Of a stretch of DNA of 64,000 nucleotides, positions 43,803-54,694 are shown piece by piece. The stretch is from assembly GCA_017618275.1 (NCBI GenBank), contig JAFZUS010000111.1:39573-103572 (forward strand), given 5' to 3'. Under the pieces are notes generated by a model. It made no database searches. It was not told the origin of the DNA and was given only the letters and a program-made list of their open reading frames with translations. The position numbers and the translations under genes were made by a program. Source of the stretch: Prevotella sp. (lineage in GTDB: Bacteria > Bacteroidota > Bacteroidia > Bacteroidales > Bacteroidaceae). Positions within the stretch are counted from its first letter, which is position 1; each line of letters opens with the position of its first letter.

Positions 43803-45044
43803 ATGAAGATAAAAGACTTTGAAATCATGGCGCCTGTGGGCTCGCGCGAGTCGTTGGCCGCAGCCATTCAGGCAGGGGCAGACAGTATCTACTTCGGCAT
43901 TGAGAAGTTGAACATGCGGGCGCATTCCGCCTCTACGTTCACTATCGACGACCTGCGCGACATCGCCCGTCAGTGCGACGAGCACGGTATCAAGAGTTAC
44001 CTCACCGTCAACACCATTATCTACGGTGAGGATATCCCCCTGATGCACGAGATCATCGATGCCGCCAAGGAGGCGGGCATCTCTGCTGTCATCGCCTCCG
44101 ACGTGGCGGTGATGACCTATTGTAATCGGGTGGGGCAGGAGGTGCACCTCTCCACGCAGTTGAACATCTCGAACATTGAGGCCCTGCGCTTCTATGCCCA
44201 GTTTGCCGATGTGGTAGTGCTGGCCCGTGAACTGAATATGGATCAGGTGGCAGAGATTTACCGTCAGGTGGAGGCCGAGCATATCTGTGGTCCGAGCGGA
44301 GAACAGATCCGCATCGAGATGTTCTGTCACGGAGCCCTCTGCATGGCCATCAGCGGCAAGTGCTATATGAGTCTCCATGCCGCCAACCGTTCTGCTAATC
44401 GTGGCGAGTGCATCCAGGTGTGTCGTCGCAGTTATACCGCTACTGACAATGAGACGGGTTACCAACTCGCCATCGACAACAAGTATATCATGTCGCCCAA
44501 GGATCTGAAGACCGTCCGTTTCATCGATAAGATGATGCATGCTGGTGTGCGCGTCTTTAAGATAGAGGGTCGCGCCCGTGGACCTGAGTATGTATATACC
44601 GTCGTGAAGTGCTACAAGGAGGCGATTCAGGCTGTGCTCGACGACACCTTTACGGACGCAAAGAAGGACGAGTGGGACGAACGCCTTGCTACCGTTTTCA
44701 ACCGTGGCTTTTGGGACGGTTACTATCAGGGGCAACTCATGGGCGAGTGGAACAAGAACTACGGTTCGAACGCCACCGAGCGCAAGGTCTATATCGGCAA
44801 GGGTGTGAAATACTTCTCCAAACTTGGTGTGGCAGAATTTACCGTTGAGGCCAGCACTTTCAAGGTGGGTGACAAGATGCTCATCACCGGCCCCACCACA
44901 GGTGTCATCTATGTTACCGCTGATGAGATCCACGATGACAACGGTCCTGTAGAAGTGGCACAGCAAGGCACCAAGGTCTCTATTGCAGTTCCCGCCAAGG
45001 TCCGTCCCAGCGATAAACTCTTCAAACTAGTCTCTGATATGTGA
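43803..45044 (+). CDS. Peptidase U32 family protein
   Basis: N-terminus FEIMAPVGSRESLAAAIQAGADSIYFG and the conserved E..CHGALC..ISGKC region are typical of the U32 family. Confidence 0.85.
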   Translation: MKIKDFEIMAPVGSRESLAAAIQAGADSIYFGIEKLNMRAHSASTFTIDDLRDIARQCDEHGIKSYLTVNTIIYGEDIPLMHEIIDAAKEAGISAVIASDVAVMTYCNRVGQEVHLSTQLNISNIEALRFYAQFADVVVLARELNMDQVAEIYRQVEAEHICGPSGEQIRIEMFCHGALCMAISGKCYMSLHAANRSANRGECIQVCRRSYTATDNETGYQLAIDNKYIMSPKDLKTVRFIDKMMHAGVRVFKIEGRARGPEYVYTVVKCYKEAIQAVLDDTFTDAKKDEWDERLATVFNRGFWDGYYQGQLMGEWNKNYGSNATERKVYIGKGVKYFSKLGVAEFTVEASTFKVGDKMLITGPTTGVIYVTADEIHDDNGPVEVAQQGTKVSIAVPAKVRPSDKLFKLVSDM

Positions 45045-45139
45045 TGTTTTTTAAAGACAAATCAAATTCTCCAGATAATGTGATCATAAAAATACGGGCA
45101 AAAAATACGCAATCTCTTTGCTAAATCGAAATTTTACAT

Positions 45140-45147
45140 TATCTTTG
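45140..45147 (+). promoter_or_regulatory. -7 promoter box (TATCTTTG)
   Basis: 20 nt upstream of the ATG at 45167. Confidence 0.5.
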
Positions 45148-45166
45148 CAACATAATTTGGACAGCA

Positions 45167-45595
45167 ATGACAATTAACGAGATACAGGACGAGATTATAG
45201 AGGAATTTGCCGGGTTTGACGACTGGATGGACAAGTACCAGTTGCTCATTGACTTGGGCAACGAACAGGAGCCGTTGGAGGATCAATACAAGACGGAGCA
45301 GAACTTGATTGACGGATGCCAGAGCCGCGTATGGCTGCAGGCGGATATGGAGGACGGCAAGATTCACTTCAAAGCGGAAAGCGATGCGCTGATTGTAAAG
45401 GGTATCGTGAGCCTGCTGATCCGTGTGCTAAGCGACCATACCCCCCAGGAGATACTGGATGCCGACCTCTATTTCATCGACGAGATCGGACTGAAGGAGC
45501 ATCTGTCGCCGACCCGCAGCAACGGACTCCTGGCGATGGTGAAGCAAATGCGGATGTATGCGCTGGCCTTCAGCGCCAAGACTGAGACAAACTGA
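45167..45595 (+). CDS. sufE: SufE-like cysteine desulfuration (Fe-S metabolism associated) protein
   Basis: DGCQSRVWL active-site Cys motif, ~140 aa, and the rest of the sequence are typical of SufE/CsdE. Confidence 0.8.
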   Translation: MTINEIQDEIIEEFAGFDDWMDKYQLLIDLGNEQEPLEDQYKTEQNLIDGCQSRVWLQADMEDGKIHFKAESDALIVKGIVSLLIRVLSDHTPQEILDADLYFIDEIGLKEHLSPTRSNGLLAMVKQMRMYALAFSAKTETN

Positions 45596-45622
45596 GATAA
45601 AATTCAACAAAACAATAGGATT

Positions 45623-46423
45623 ATGAAAAAGGTTTTATTATTCATGGCAATGATGGTCTCAATGACAAGTTTCGCCCAAAAGAAACTGGTGCTTTATTTT
45701 TCTGAGTCAGGAACTACCAAGACTGTGGCAGAGGAGTTGCAGAAACAACTCGGAGCCGACATAGAGAGTATCCTCCCCGAAGAGCCTTATTCAGGTAATT
45801 TTCAGGCGACGATGCAGCGTGTACAAAAGGAGAATCAGAGTGGGACGTTACCCAAGATCAAACCCCTCAAGGCGAAGATTGCCGACTACGATATTATCTT
45901 CTTAGGCTATCCCATCTGGGGTGGTACATATGCCTCGCCCGTTGCCTCGCTCCTCAAAGAGCAGGACTTTGCCGGTAAGAAAATTGTGCCTTTCTGTACT
46001 TTCGGTAGTGGTGGTTTGAATACCTCGGCCGATGCCCTTGTGAAGGCATTGCCCAAGGCCCAGATACAGGCTGGCTATGGTGTCCGTGCTGCCAGAGTGG
46101 CAGCAGCAGAGAAAGAACTGAACAGGTTCCTGATAGAGAATGGCTATAAGAAAGGCCATGTAGCCAAACTGCCCGCCTATTCCGAGCAGAAGCCTGTGAC
46201 GGATGCAGAGAGGGCTATCTTCGACGCTGCCTGCTCCAGTTATCAGTTCCACCTGGGTACGCCCCTGACCTGTGGAAAACGTACCACTGACGACAGCATC
46301 GACTACGAGTTCAAGGTGAAGAGTCAGGGCTTTGGCGGCGGCGGTGAGCAGACCTCTACCATCTACGTGACGATGGGCAAGGAGGCTGGTGCCAAGCCGG
46401 AGTTTACGCAAGTGGTGCGCTAA
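45623..46423 (+). CDS. Flavodoxin-like protein with N-terminal signal peptide
   Basis: Signal MKKVLLFMAMMVSMTSFA, then KLVLYFSESGTTKTVAEEL and FLGYPIWGG (flavodoxin-like fold motifs). Confidence 0.6.
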   Translation: MKKVLLFMAMMVSMTSFAQKKLVLYFSESGTTKTVAEELQKQLGADIESILPEEPYSGNFQATMQRVQKENQSGTLPKIKPLKAKIADYDIIFLGYPIWGGTYASPVASLLKEQDFAGKKIVPFCTFGSGGLNTSADALVKALPKAQIQAGYGVRAARVAAAEKELNRFLIENGYKKGHVAKLPAYSEQKPVTDAERAIFDAACSSYQFHLGTPLTCGKRTTDDSIDYEFKVKSQGFGGGGEQTSTIYVTMGKEAGAKPEFTQVVR

Positions 46424-46444
46424 GGATTGCTAAACAATCATAGA

Positions 46445-47092
46445 ATGGCTAAGAACGCAAAATGGTCGGATGATTATTGGCTCCTGCTGATGCAGATCTA
46501 CCTGCAGAAACCAGTGGGTATCAAACCGATGTACAGTAAGAAGATGGTGAAACTGAGTCTGGAACTGCACATCGCGCCCAACATCCTTTTTGCACGGATG
46601 TGTCAGATTGCCAACTTGGAGACGCCACGTATCGAGCGTATCTGGGAGGCCTATGGCAACAATCCCCAAAAACTCTCTCGGGCCGTGAAACTCTGGCGAG
46701 AGATGCGGGGTTATGGCCATGCGGATGCCTTCTTTGAGGGTGTGGAGGTGAACGAGACCTTTGAGCGTGACTTCCGTCCTGTGGCCGGCAAGAGTAGTAT
46801 GACCCCCATGATGCTTATCCTCATCCTCGATCTTTATTTCCGTCTGACCCCCATCACGATGGTCGTCGAGACCCCGGAGATACAGGAACTGGCACGGCTG
46901 ATGAAGGTGCGCCCCTTTGAGGTGGTCGATGCGATGGAGGTGTTCCAGCACTGCGACCCCTATCTGAACAGGAAGGATGTAACCTTCAGTCCGTTGCTCC
47001 TGCCGTGTACGGAGGTATGGCGGCGTTTCGGCAATGCCAATACGGAGGAACTGGCCTCGTATGCGGCACAATTGAAAGAATACTTTAAATAA
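46445..47092 (+). CDS. Conserved hypothetical protein upstream of rpoN
   Basis: Coding-like ORF. Its stop overlaps the rpoN start (TAATG at 47090-47094). I prefer the ATG at 46445 over the TTG at 46427. Confidence 0.6.
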   Translation: MAKNAKWSDDYWLLLMQIYLQKPVGIKPMYSKKMVKLSLELHIAPNILFARMCQIANLETPRIERIWEAYGNNPQKLSRAVKLWREMRGYGHADAFFEGVEVNETFERDFRPVAGKSSMTPMMLILILDLYFRLTPITMVVETPEIQELARLMKVRPFEVVDAMEVFQHCDPYLNRKDVTFSPLLLPCTEVWRRFGNANTEELASYAAQLKEYFK

Positions 47093-48597
47093 TGGCGCAG
47101 AGTCAGATACAGGAACAGAGACAGACGCAGGGGCAGAAACTGGCACAGTCGATCTCCCACCAGCAGTTGTTGCAGGCCACGCTCGTGGAACTGCCCATCA
47201 CCCAACTGGTGGACCGTATCAATACGGAGATGAACGATAATCCCGCCTTGGAGGTGGATGCAGGCTATGATACTCCTGATTATCTGGAGTATGCGGAATC
47301 TCCAGATGATCCGGACCCCTCTGACGACTTTACAGCCAGTACCGAGCGCGAGGAACGGCAGTCGGCCTTGGATGAGGCTCTTGCCGGCATCGGGCGCGAC
47401 GATGAGGAACTGCCAGTCTATCATGGGGGCAACAACGTGGCTGAGGATCGTGAGGAGATGGTCTACGGACAGAGCGAGTCGTTCTATGACCAGTTGATGG
47501 AACAGGTGGGGGAGACGGAACTGACCGACCGTCAGCGGGATATCATGGAGTATCTGATTGGTTCGTTGGATGACGACGGATTACTGCGAAAACCGTCGGA
47601 TGTCATCAGCGACGAACTTGCCATCTATCATAATATCGACGCTAGCCATCAGGAGATAGAACACGTACTGAAAGTTCTGCAGGACTTCGATCCTGCGGGT
47701 ATCGGTGCCCGTTCGTTGCAGGAGTGCCTACTGATACAGATCAGCCGTCGTGACGACTCGAAGGTAAAGACGCTGATGCAACAGGTCATCGCCAACTATT
47801 TCGAAGCCTTCACCAAGAAGCACTGGGACAAGATACAGGCAGCCCTCTCCCTCACCGACATCCAGGCAGAAGCACTGTTTAAGGAACTGCGTAAGTTGAA
47901 TCCCCGTCCAGGTGCCTCAATGGGTGAGACGGTGGGGCGCAGCATCCAGCAGATCACGCCCGATTTCATCATCGACACGCAGGATGACGGGACGGTCACC
48001 TTCACCCTCAACAATGGCGAGGTGCCTGAACTGAAGGTCTCGCAGTCGTTTGTTGATTCGATGAAGGAGTATCAGGACAACAAAGAGCAACTGAGTCGAC
48101 AGACCAAGGAGGCGCTGCTCTATATCAAGAAGAAGGTGGATGCGGCCCAGGGTTTCATCGAGGCCATCAAGGTGCGTCGCCACACGCTGACTGTCACCAT
48201 GCAGGCCATCATCTCGCTACAGCACCAGTTCTTCGTCGATGGTGACGAGGCTTCGCTGCGTCCGATGATCCTGAAGGATGTGGCTGAGAAGACGGGACTC
48301 GACCTGAGCACCATCTCGCGTGTCAGCAATTCGAAATATGCCCAGACGCGTTGGGGCACTTTCCCTTTGCGCCATTTCTTCAGCGACAGTTACGTGACGG
48401 AGAACGGTGAGGAATTGTCGACAAGGCAGATCAAGGCCGCTTTGCGAGATATTGTGGAGGCCGAGGACAGACAAAAGCCTTTGAGCGATGATGCCATCAA
48501 GGCCGAACTGGCTAAGAGGGGATATCCGATAGCCCGTCGTACGGTGGCCAAGTACCGTGAACAGTTGGGAATCCCCATTGCGAGGTTGAGAAGGTGA
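47092..48597 (+). CDS. rpoN: RNA polymerase sigma-54 factor
   Basis: Gln-rich N-terminus, core-binding region, and a C-terminal RpoN box ARRTVAKYREQLGIP. Confidence 0.95.
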   Translation: MAQSQIQEQRQTQGQKLAQSISHQQLLQATLVELPITQLVDRINTEMNDNPALEVDAGYDTPDYLEYAESPDDPDPSDDFTASTEREERQSALDEALAGIGRDDEELPVYHGGNNVAEDREEMVYGQSESFYDQLMEQVGETELTDRQRDIMEYLIGSLDDDGLLRKPSDVISDELAIYHNIDASHQEIEHVLKVLQDFDPAGIGARSLQECLLIQISRRDDSKVKTLMQQVIANYFEAFTKKHWDKIQAALSLTDIQAEALFKELRKLNPRPGASMGETVGRSIQQITPDFIIDTQDDGTVTFTLNNGEVPELKVSQSFVDSMKEYQDNKEQLSRQTKEALLYIKKKVDAAQGFIEAIKVRRHTLTVTMQAIISLQHQFFVDGDEASLRPMILKDVAEKTGLDLSTISRVSNSKYAQTRWGTFPLRHFFSDSYVTENGEELSTRQIKAALRDIVEAEDRQKPLSDDAIKAELAKRGYPIARRTVAKYREQLGIPIARLRR

Positions 48598-48633
48598 GAA
48601 AGTGAGAAGGTGAGAAAGTGAGAAGGTGAGATG
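48586..48633 (+). repeat. 8-nt tandem repeat (GTGAGAAR) x ~6 spanning the rpoN stop and the next gene's start
   Basis: ttgagaag gtgagaaa gtgagaag gtgagaaa gtgagaag gtgagatg. The rpoN TGA is at 48595-48597 and the next ATG at 48631-48633, both inside repeat units. Confidence 0.95.
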
Positions 48634-49251
48634 AGACGGGAGAAGACGATCATATTGACTGCAAGGGTGGTGAGTCTGGTGTTCACGCCATTCTATCTTC
48701 CCATCTTGGGACTGATAGCCCTGTTTACGCTGAGTTATCTCCGACAGATGCCGTGGCCTTATAAGTTGCAGGTGCTCATCATGGTCTATATGTTCACCGT
48801 CCTGTTGCCCACCGTGCTGATCCACCTCTATCGCCGTTATCAGGGCTGGACGCTGATTCAGTTGGGCAACAAGGAGCGCCGTATGGTGCCGTATGTCATC
48901 AGTATCCTCTGTTATTTTGCCTGCGCCTACTGGATGGACTATCTGCATATCCCCCATTTCATGAGTAATATAGTGACGGCGGCGCTGTTCATCCAGATTG
49001 TCTGTGCCTTGATCAACGTGTGGTGGAAGATCTCTGCCCATATGGCGGCTATCGGAGGTGTGGCAGGTGCCTTGTTTGTCTTTGCCGAGGTGTTCGTCTT
49101 TAATCCCGTCTGGTGGCTCTGTCTTGTGTTTGTCGTGGCAGGTATTCTTGGAACCAGTCGTATGATCCTCCGTCAGCACTCGTTGCTGCAGGTAGTTGTC
49201 GGTTTTCTGGTGGGAATCATCTGTGCTATTGTTGGTATAATCTTTTTATAG
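48631..49251 (+). CDS. PAP2-superfamily-like integral membrane phosphatase
   Basis: Six hydrophobic segments. Motif-like KERRMVP, ISAH and SRMILRQHSLLQV (compare KxxxxxxRP, PSGH, SRxxxxxHxxxD). Confidence 0.6.
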   Translation: MRREKTIILTARVVSLVFTPFYLPILGLIALFTLSYLRQMPWPYKLQVLIMVYMFTVLLPTVLIHLYRRYQGWTLIQLGNKERRMVPYVISILCYFACAYWMDYLHIPHFMSNIVTAALFIQIVCALINVWWKISAHMAAIGGVAGALFVFAEVFVFNPVWWLCLVFVVAGILGTSRMILRQHSLLQVVVGFLVGIICAIVGIIFL

Positions 49252-49254
49252 AAT

Positions 49255-49741
49255 ATGAATCCGTTAGTAAGTATCATCATGGGCAGCACGAGCGACCTGC
49301 CCGTTATGGAAAAAGCCTGTAAGTTGCTCGATGAGATGCAGGTGCCTTTTGAAGTGAATGCCCTATCTGCCCATCGTACGCCGGATGCAGTGGAGGAGTT
49401 TGCCCGTACTGCCCAGGAACGTGGTGTCAAGGTGATTATTGCGGGTGCTGGTATGGCTGCAGCCTTGCCGGGTGTCATCGCTGCCTCCACTACGTTGCCA
49501 GTCATCGGTGTACCTATCAAGGGCATGCTCGATGGTCTTGATGCCTTGTTATCCATCGTCCAGATGCCTCCTGGAATCCCTGTGGCGACTGTCGGTGTGA
49601 ACGGAGCGCAGAATGCGGCCATCCTCGCCGTGGAGATGATGGCTCTCAATGACCCGTCGCTGGCGCAACGGCTGGCTGTCTATAAGGGCAACCTGAAGAT
49701 CAAGATTGAGAAAGCCAACGAGGAATTAGCACAACTGAAGT

Positions 49742-49761
<20 letters not shown>
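49255..49761 (+). CDS. purE: 5-(carboxyamino)imidazole ribonucleotide mutase
   Basis: VSIIMGSTSDLPVM...SAHRTP...GAGMAAALPGVIAA...PVIGVP is a textbook PurE pattern. Confidence 0.95.
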
Positions 49762-51122
<1,361 letters not shown>

Positions 51123-51130
<8 letters not shown>

Positions 51131-51151
51131 TAACTGGCAGTCTTTTTTTTT
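51123..51151. terminator. Weak bidirectional hairpin plus T-run between convergent ispG and the phosphatase gene
   Basis: gccagt-gata-actggc, then agtc and a T9 run. Confidence 0.4.
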
Positions 51152-53162
51152 ATTCTACCCGTAAGCACATCATTGTCAGGTCGTCGTTCGGCTCTGCACC
51201 ATTGCGATGGCGTTCTACCTCTGTAGCCAGAGTCTTGATGACTTGTTTGGCATTGTCGAAGTGGGTGTTTTGCAGAATATGGAGCAAACGCTCGTCGCCA
51301 AACTGCTCCTGTTGTGGGTCCTCGGCTTCGTTGAGTCCGTCGGTATAGACAAACAAGGCACGTCCCTTGATGTTTTCTATCTCTTCGCCAACGTATTCCA
51401 GGTCGGACCATAGGCCGATGGGTGCGTTAACCTCCATCTGGAGGAATTCCCCCTGACTGTCTCCACCGCCTATCACGGGTGGGTTGTGGCCTGCGTTGCA
51501 GAACCAGAGATGACCTGTCTTCAGGTCAATCAGTCCTACAAACATGGTGATAAACATATTCTGCATATTGTCTTCCGACAAGGCTTGATTCATGCGTGTA
51601 CATATATCGGCAGGATTCTTACCCTGGGTGGCAAAGGTGCGGAACAGTCGTGTGGCCTGTGCCATAAAGAGTGAGGCTGGTACGCCTTTGCCTGACACGT
51701 CGCCCACACAGAAATGGAGTCGGTCGCCCTGTAATACGTAGCAATAAAGATCACCACCTACTTCCCTTGCTGGTGTCATCAAGGCATAAAGGTCCAATCC
51801 CTTGCGATCAGGGAACACATTGGGCACCATAGACATCTGGATATCACGGGCAATACGCAGTTCACTCTCGATACGCTCCTTGACGGCACTCACTTCAGCC
51901 AGTCTGCGAGCGGCTCTTCGACGGTGAAGCGTGTAGATTGTGAAGAACACCACCAGTAGTACCATCGCTATCGCCGTACCAATAAGTCGCTGACGGGTCA
52001 GGTCGGCCTGTTGTTCTGCAATCTTCCGCTCTTTCTCCTGCGTCTCATACACCACAGCCAGTTCGGCCGCATCCTCCTGTCGGCTCTTCTCTTCTACGGT
52101 GTCGAGTAGGTTGATCAGTTTGTCGGCTATCCTGAGTGCTCCTTCGTTATGTCCCAGATGTCTCTGTGCCTTGAACTGTCCTCCAAGCACGCTGGTGAGG
52201 TACTTCATGGTGTATTGCGACTCATTGCTGACGTAGAACGAGTCTGATGCCTCTAGGGCTGCCATCATCTCGCTCCATTTTCCAGATGCCTCCAGGTAGG
52301 CTGATGACGTTTTCCGTCCCACAGGTGTGTGGGCATAATCGGTAGCCAGATAGGCCCGATAGTGTGCCTCAGCCTCCTTGGGTTGACCTGCGCAGACATA
52401 CATCCTGGCTTCGGCTATCTCCTTGTCGGCTGTTGCCTGGTCTTTCACATAGTCTATGATGTTTTTTGTGGTCACCATCTGATCGTAGGCCTTCTCCAGT
52501 CGTGGTAACCATATTATTGCAGTTTCTATCTTGTCGTTGTCAATATTGTAGTTGATGGCATCGACAGCCATCATAAACAACTGATAGAACGACGAGAAAC
52601 TATCGGCATTCACGAGCACTTCCTCATAGAGTTTGTAGGCCTGTTCGTAACTCTTGTTTCCCTCGTCGACATGTTTCAGGGCAAACTGACAACAGCCGAT
52701 AGCCTCCAGATAGTCGGGCTTGTATTTGCGGGCTACAAACGAGGTGTCGTTATTGGACTCAGCCAGCGCCTCCGTCGCATACGTCATCGCACGTTCCGTA
52801 TTCCCCATGTTCTGTTCTGAATTGATCAACAAGACATAGGCAAAATAGTGGTAACGGAGATTTTCATTCTTCAGGTTCTCATCTTTCACGGCACGGAGGG
52901 CAAACACCTCCGACACACGAGGCTGGAACTGTTCGCTGTACACTTGGGCACGTCGGCAGTTCGCCATACCCTCCGAATAATATCCTTCATCCTTCAGACT
53001 ATCGATAAAGGCCAATGCCTGTTCTGGTTGGTCGGACATCATGTCGTAGAGTATTGAGGTCAGGCTGTCGATAGCCACATCTTTTTCCCATCTGCCATGC
53101 TGGCCCTTACAGCCAGTCATCAGCAGAACTACCGCTACAAAGATAAAAAGAGCCTGTTTCAT
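51150..53162 (-). CDS. SpoIIE/PP2C-family serine phosphatase with lipoprotein signal, TPR-like sensor region and one transmembrane helix
   Basis: MKQALFIFVAVVLLMTGC; transmembrane helix LIGTAIAMVLLVVFFTIYTL; PP2C/SpoIIE motifs ARDIQMSM, EVGGDLY, GDVSGKGVPASLFMA, YTDGLNEA. Confidence 0.85.
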   Translation of the reverse strand: MKQALFIFVAVVLLMTGCKGQHGRWEKDVAIDSLTSILYDMMSDQPEQALAFIDSLKDEGYYSEGMANCRRAQVYSEQFQPRVSEVFALRAVKDENLKNENLRYHYFAYVLLINSEQNMGNTERAMTYATEALAESNNDTSFVARKYKPDYLEAIGCCQFALKHVDEGNKSYEQAYKLYEEVLVNADSFSSFYQLFMMAVDAINYNIDNDKIETAIIWLPRLEKAYDQMVTTKNIIDYVKDQATADKEIAEARMYVCAGQPKEAEAHYRAYLATDYAHTPVGRKTSSAYLEASGKWSEMMAALEASDSFYVSNESQYTMKYLTSVLGGQFKAQRHLGHNEGALRIADKLINLLDTVEEKSRQEDAAELAVVYETQEKERKIAEQQADLTRQRLIGTAIAMVLLVVFFTIYTLHRRRAARRLAEVSAVKERIESELRIARDIQMSMVPNVFPDRKGLDLYALMTPAREVGGDLYCYVLQGDRLHFCVGDVSGKGVPASLFMAQATRLFRTFATQGKNPADICTRMNQALSEDNMQNMFITMFVGLIDLKTGHLWFCNAGHNPPVIGGGDSQGEFLQMEVNAPIGLWSDLEYVGEEIENIKGRALFVYTDGLNEAEDPQQEQFGDERLLHILQNTHFDNAKQVIKTLATEVERHRNGAEPNDDLTMMCLRVE

Positions 53163-53173
53163 GCTGTGTTTTT

Positions 53174-53866
53174 TTATTTCATTAGGATCTCGGAGAGTTC
53201 CTTCATGCCCTCAGAGGCACCTTTCTGGATCTGCTGGACACGTCCTCCTGCACGGACGGGGTTGGGATCAATGAGGTAGACGGGGATGCCAGGCTTGGCG
53301 TAGTGGAGTAGGCCAGCGGCTGGATAGACCACGAGCGAGGTGCCGATGATGATGAGAATATCGGCCTCCTGCACTTCCTCGGCAGCCAGCGAGATGTTTG
53401 GCACAGCCTCGCCAAAGAATACGATGAAGGGGCGTAACAATGAACCGTCGCCTGCCTTCGTGCCTGGTTCAATCTCGCAGTTATCAGGGGTCAGCGTCAC
53501 CTGATAGCGTGGGTCGTCAACATCGCGGCTGGAGCAGACCTTCATCAGTTCGCCGTGCAGGTGGATGACCTTCGACGAACCAGCCATCTCGTGGAGGTTG
53601 TCGACATTCTGGGTGACGACGGTGACATCGTACTGTTCCTCGAGTTTGGCAACGAGACGATGGCCCTCGTTGGGCTGCACGCCCCAGCACTTTTTGCGGA
53701 GCATGTTGTAAAAGTTGGTTACGAGTGTGGGGTCAGCCTCCCAGCCTTCGTGGGTGGCCACCTTTGCAACGGGATAGTTCTCCCAAAGGCCGTCGGCATC
53801 ACGGAAAGTCTTGAGTCCGCTCTCCACCGACATGCCTGCACCTGTCAATACAACAATCTTCTTCAT
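53174..53866 (-). CDS. cobB: NAD-dependent protein deacylase (Sir2 family)
   Basis: VVLTGAGMSVESGLKTFRD, VTQNVDNLHE, HG, IIGTS. The start is set at MKKIVVL because the TAAATTTG box lies at 53891-53898. Confidence 0.9.
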   Translation of the reverse strand: MKKIVVLTGAGMSVESGLKTFRDADGLWENYPVAKVATHEGWEADPTLVTNFYNMLRKKCWGVQPNEGHRLVAKLEEQYDVTVVTQNVDNLHEMAGSSKVIHLHGELMKVCSSRDVDDPRYQVTLTPDNCEIEPGTKAGDGSLLRPFIVFFGEAVPNISLAAEEVQEADILIIIGTSLVVYPAAGLLHYAKPGIPVYLIDPNPVRAGGRVQQIQKGASEGMKELSEILMK

Positions 53867-53890
53867 AAGCAAAATGATTATATTCGCCTG

Positions 53891-53898
53891 CAAATTTA
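53891..53898 (-). promoter_or_regulatory. -7 promoter box (TAAATTTG on the minus strand)
   Basis: caaattta on the plus strand, 25 nt upstream of 53866. Confidence 0.5.
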
Positions 53899-53944
53899 CA
53901 AAAAGTGCTACAGATTTTACATTATTTTACTACTTTTTTGTATT

Positions 53945-53971
53945 AATCTGTGTTAATCTGTGCAATCTGTA
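53945..53971 (+). promoter_or_regulatory. Triple AATCTGTG-like motif (spacing 10 and 9 nt) upstream of the FKBP promoter box
   Basis: aatctgtg at 53945, aatctgtg at 53955, aatctgta at 53964. Same arrangement as 43751-43778. Confidence 0.5.
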
Positions 53972-53983
53972 ACTAAAAAGTAT

Positions 53984-53991
53984 TACCTTTG
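53984..53991 (+). promoter_or_regulatory. -7 promoter box (TACCTTTG)
   Basis: 54 nt upstream of the ATG at 54045. Confidence 0.5.
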
Positions 53992-54044
53992 CAGCCGATT
54001 TTAGAAGTTACACATTATTAATAATAGAGAAAAGTAAAGAAAGA

Positions 54045-54650
54045 ATGGACAAAGTAAGTTACGCTTTGGGTCTGGGTATCGGACAGCAATTGGCACAGAT
54101 GGGTGCCGAGGGTATCAGTGCCGAAGACTTTGCAGCCGCCATCAAGGATGTGTTGGAGGGCAAGGAACTGAAGGTGTCGCATCGTGAGGCCCAGACCATC
54201 GTACAGGACTATTTTCAGAAACAGGAGCAGAAACTTCAGGCCCAGCGTGCTGAGGCCGGTAAGGTTCATAAGGAGGCTGGTGAAAAGTATCTGGCCGAGA
54301 ATGCAAAGAAAGATGGTGTCATCACATTGCCCAGTGGCCTGCAATATCAGGTGCTGAAGGAAGGCAACGGCAAGAAGCCGACAGCCAAAGACACTGTGAT
54401 GTGTCATTATGAGGGTTTCCTGATCGACGGCACGGTCTTCGACAGCAGTGTTCAGCGTGGAGAGCCCGCAACCTTCCCCCTACAGCAGGTCATCGCCGGA
54501 TGGACGGAAGGCTTGCAGTTGATGCAGGAGGGCGCCAAGTACCGTTTCTTCATCCCCTACCGTCTGGGTTATGGCGAGGGTGGTGCCGGCAATTCCATAC
54601 CACCGTTTGCAGCCCTGATTTTCGATGTAGAGTTAATACAAGTAGTATAG
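54045..54650 (+). CDS. FKBP-type peptidyl-prolyl cis-trans isomerase (FkpA/Mip-like, no signal peptide)
   Basis: FKBP_N-like helix region, then LPSGLQYQVLKEGNGKKP..V..HYEG.L.DGTVFDSS..RG.P.TF....VI.GW.E.L..M..G.K...FIP..L.YG. Confidence 0.9.
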   Translation: MDKVSYALGLGIGQQLAQMGAEGISAEDFAAAIKDVLEGKELKVSHREAQTIVQDYFQKQEQKLQAQRAEAGKVHKEAGEKYLAENAKKDGVITLPSGLQYQVLKEGNGKKPTAKDTVMCHYEGFLIDGTVFDSSVQRGEPATFPLQQVIAGWTEGLQLMQEGAKYRFFIPYRLGYGEGGAGNSIPPFAALIFDVELIQVV

Positions 54651-54675
54651 AAAGGTAAAAAAGTAAAAAGGTAAA
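54651..54675 (+). repeat. Exact second copy of the 25-mer aaaggtaaaaaagtaaaaaggtaaa, immediately after a stop codon
   Basis: Identical to 26652-26676. It starts one nt after the TAG at 54648-54650 and ends 20 nt before the next ATG. Confidence 0.9.
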
Positions 54676-54694
54676 TATTTTAAAAATTTAAGCA

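Noticed and set aside
43728-44966. Upstream ~410 codons of the 668-aa minus-strand ORF (42960-44966)
   Set aside because: This part is antisense to the well-supported U32 peptidase gene (43803-45044) and has low-complexity, Gly/His/Leu-rich shadow-ORF composition. A lipoprotein signal (MKRIAYL...) with its own promoter box marks the real start at 43727.
46430-49179. Long minus-strand ORFs (46430-47146, 46960-47424, 48217-49179) antisense to the rpoN region
   Set aside because: They are antisense shadows of confidently identified plus-strand genes (hypothetical, rpoN, PAP2-like). Their composition is Arg/His/Gly-rich and no family features were seen.
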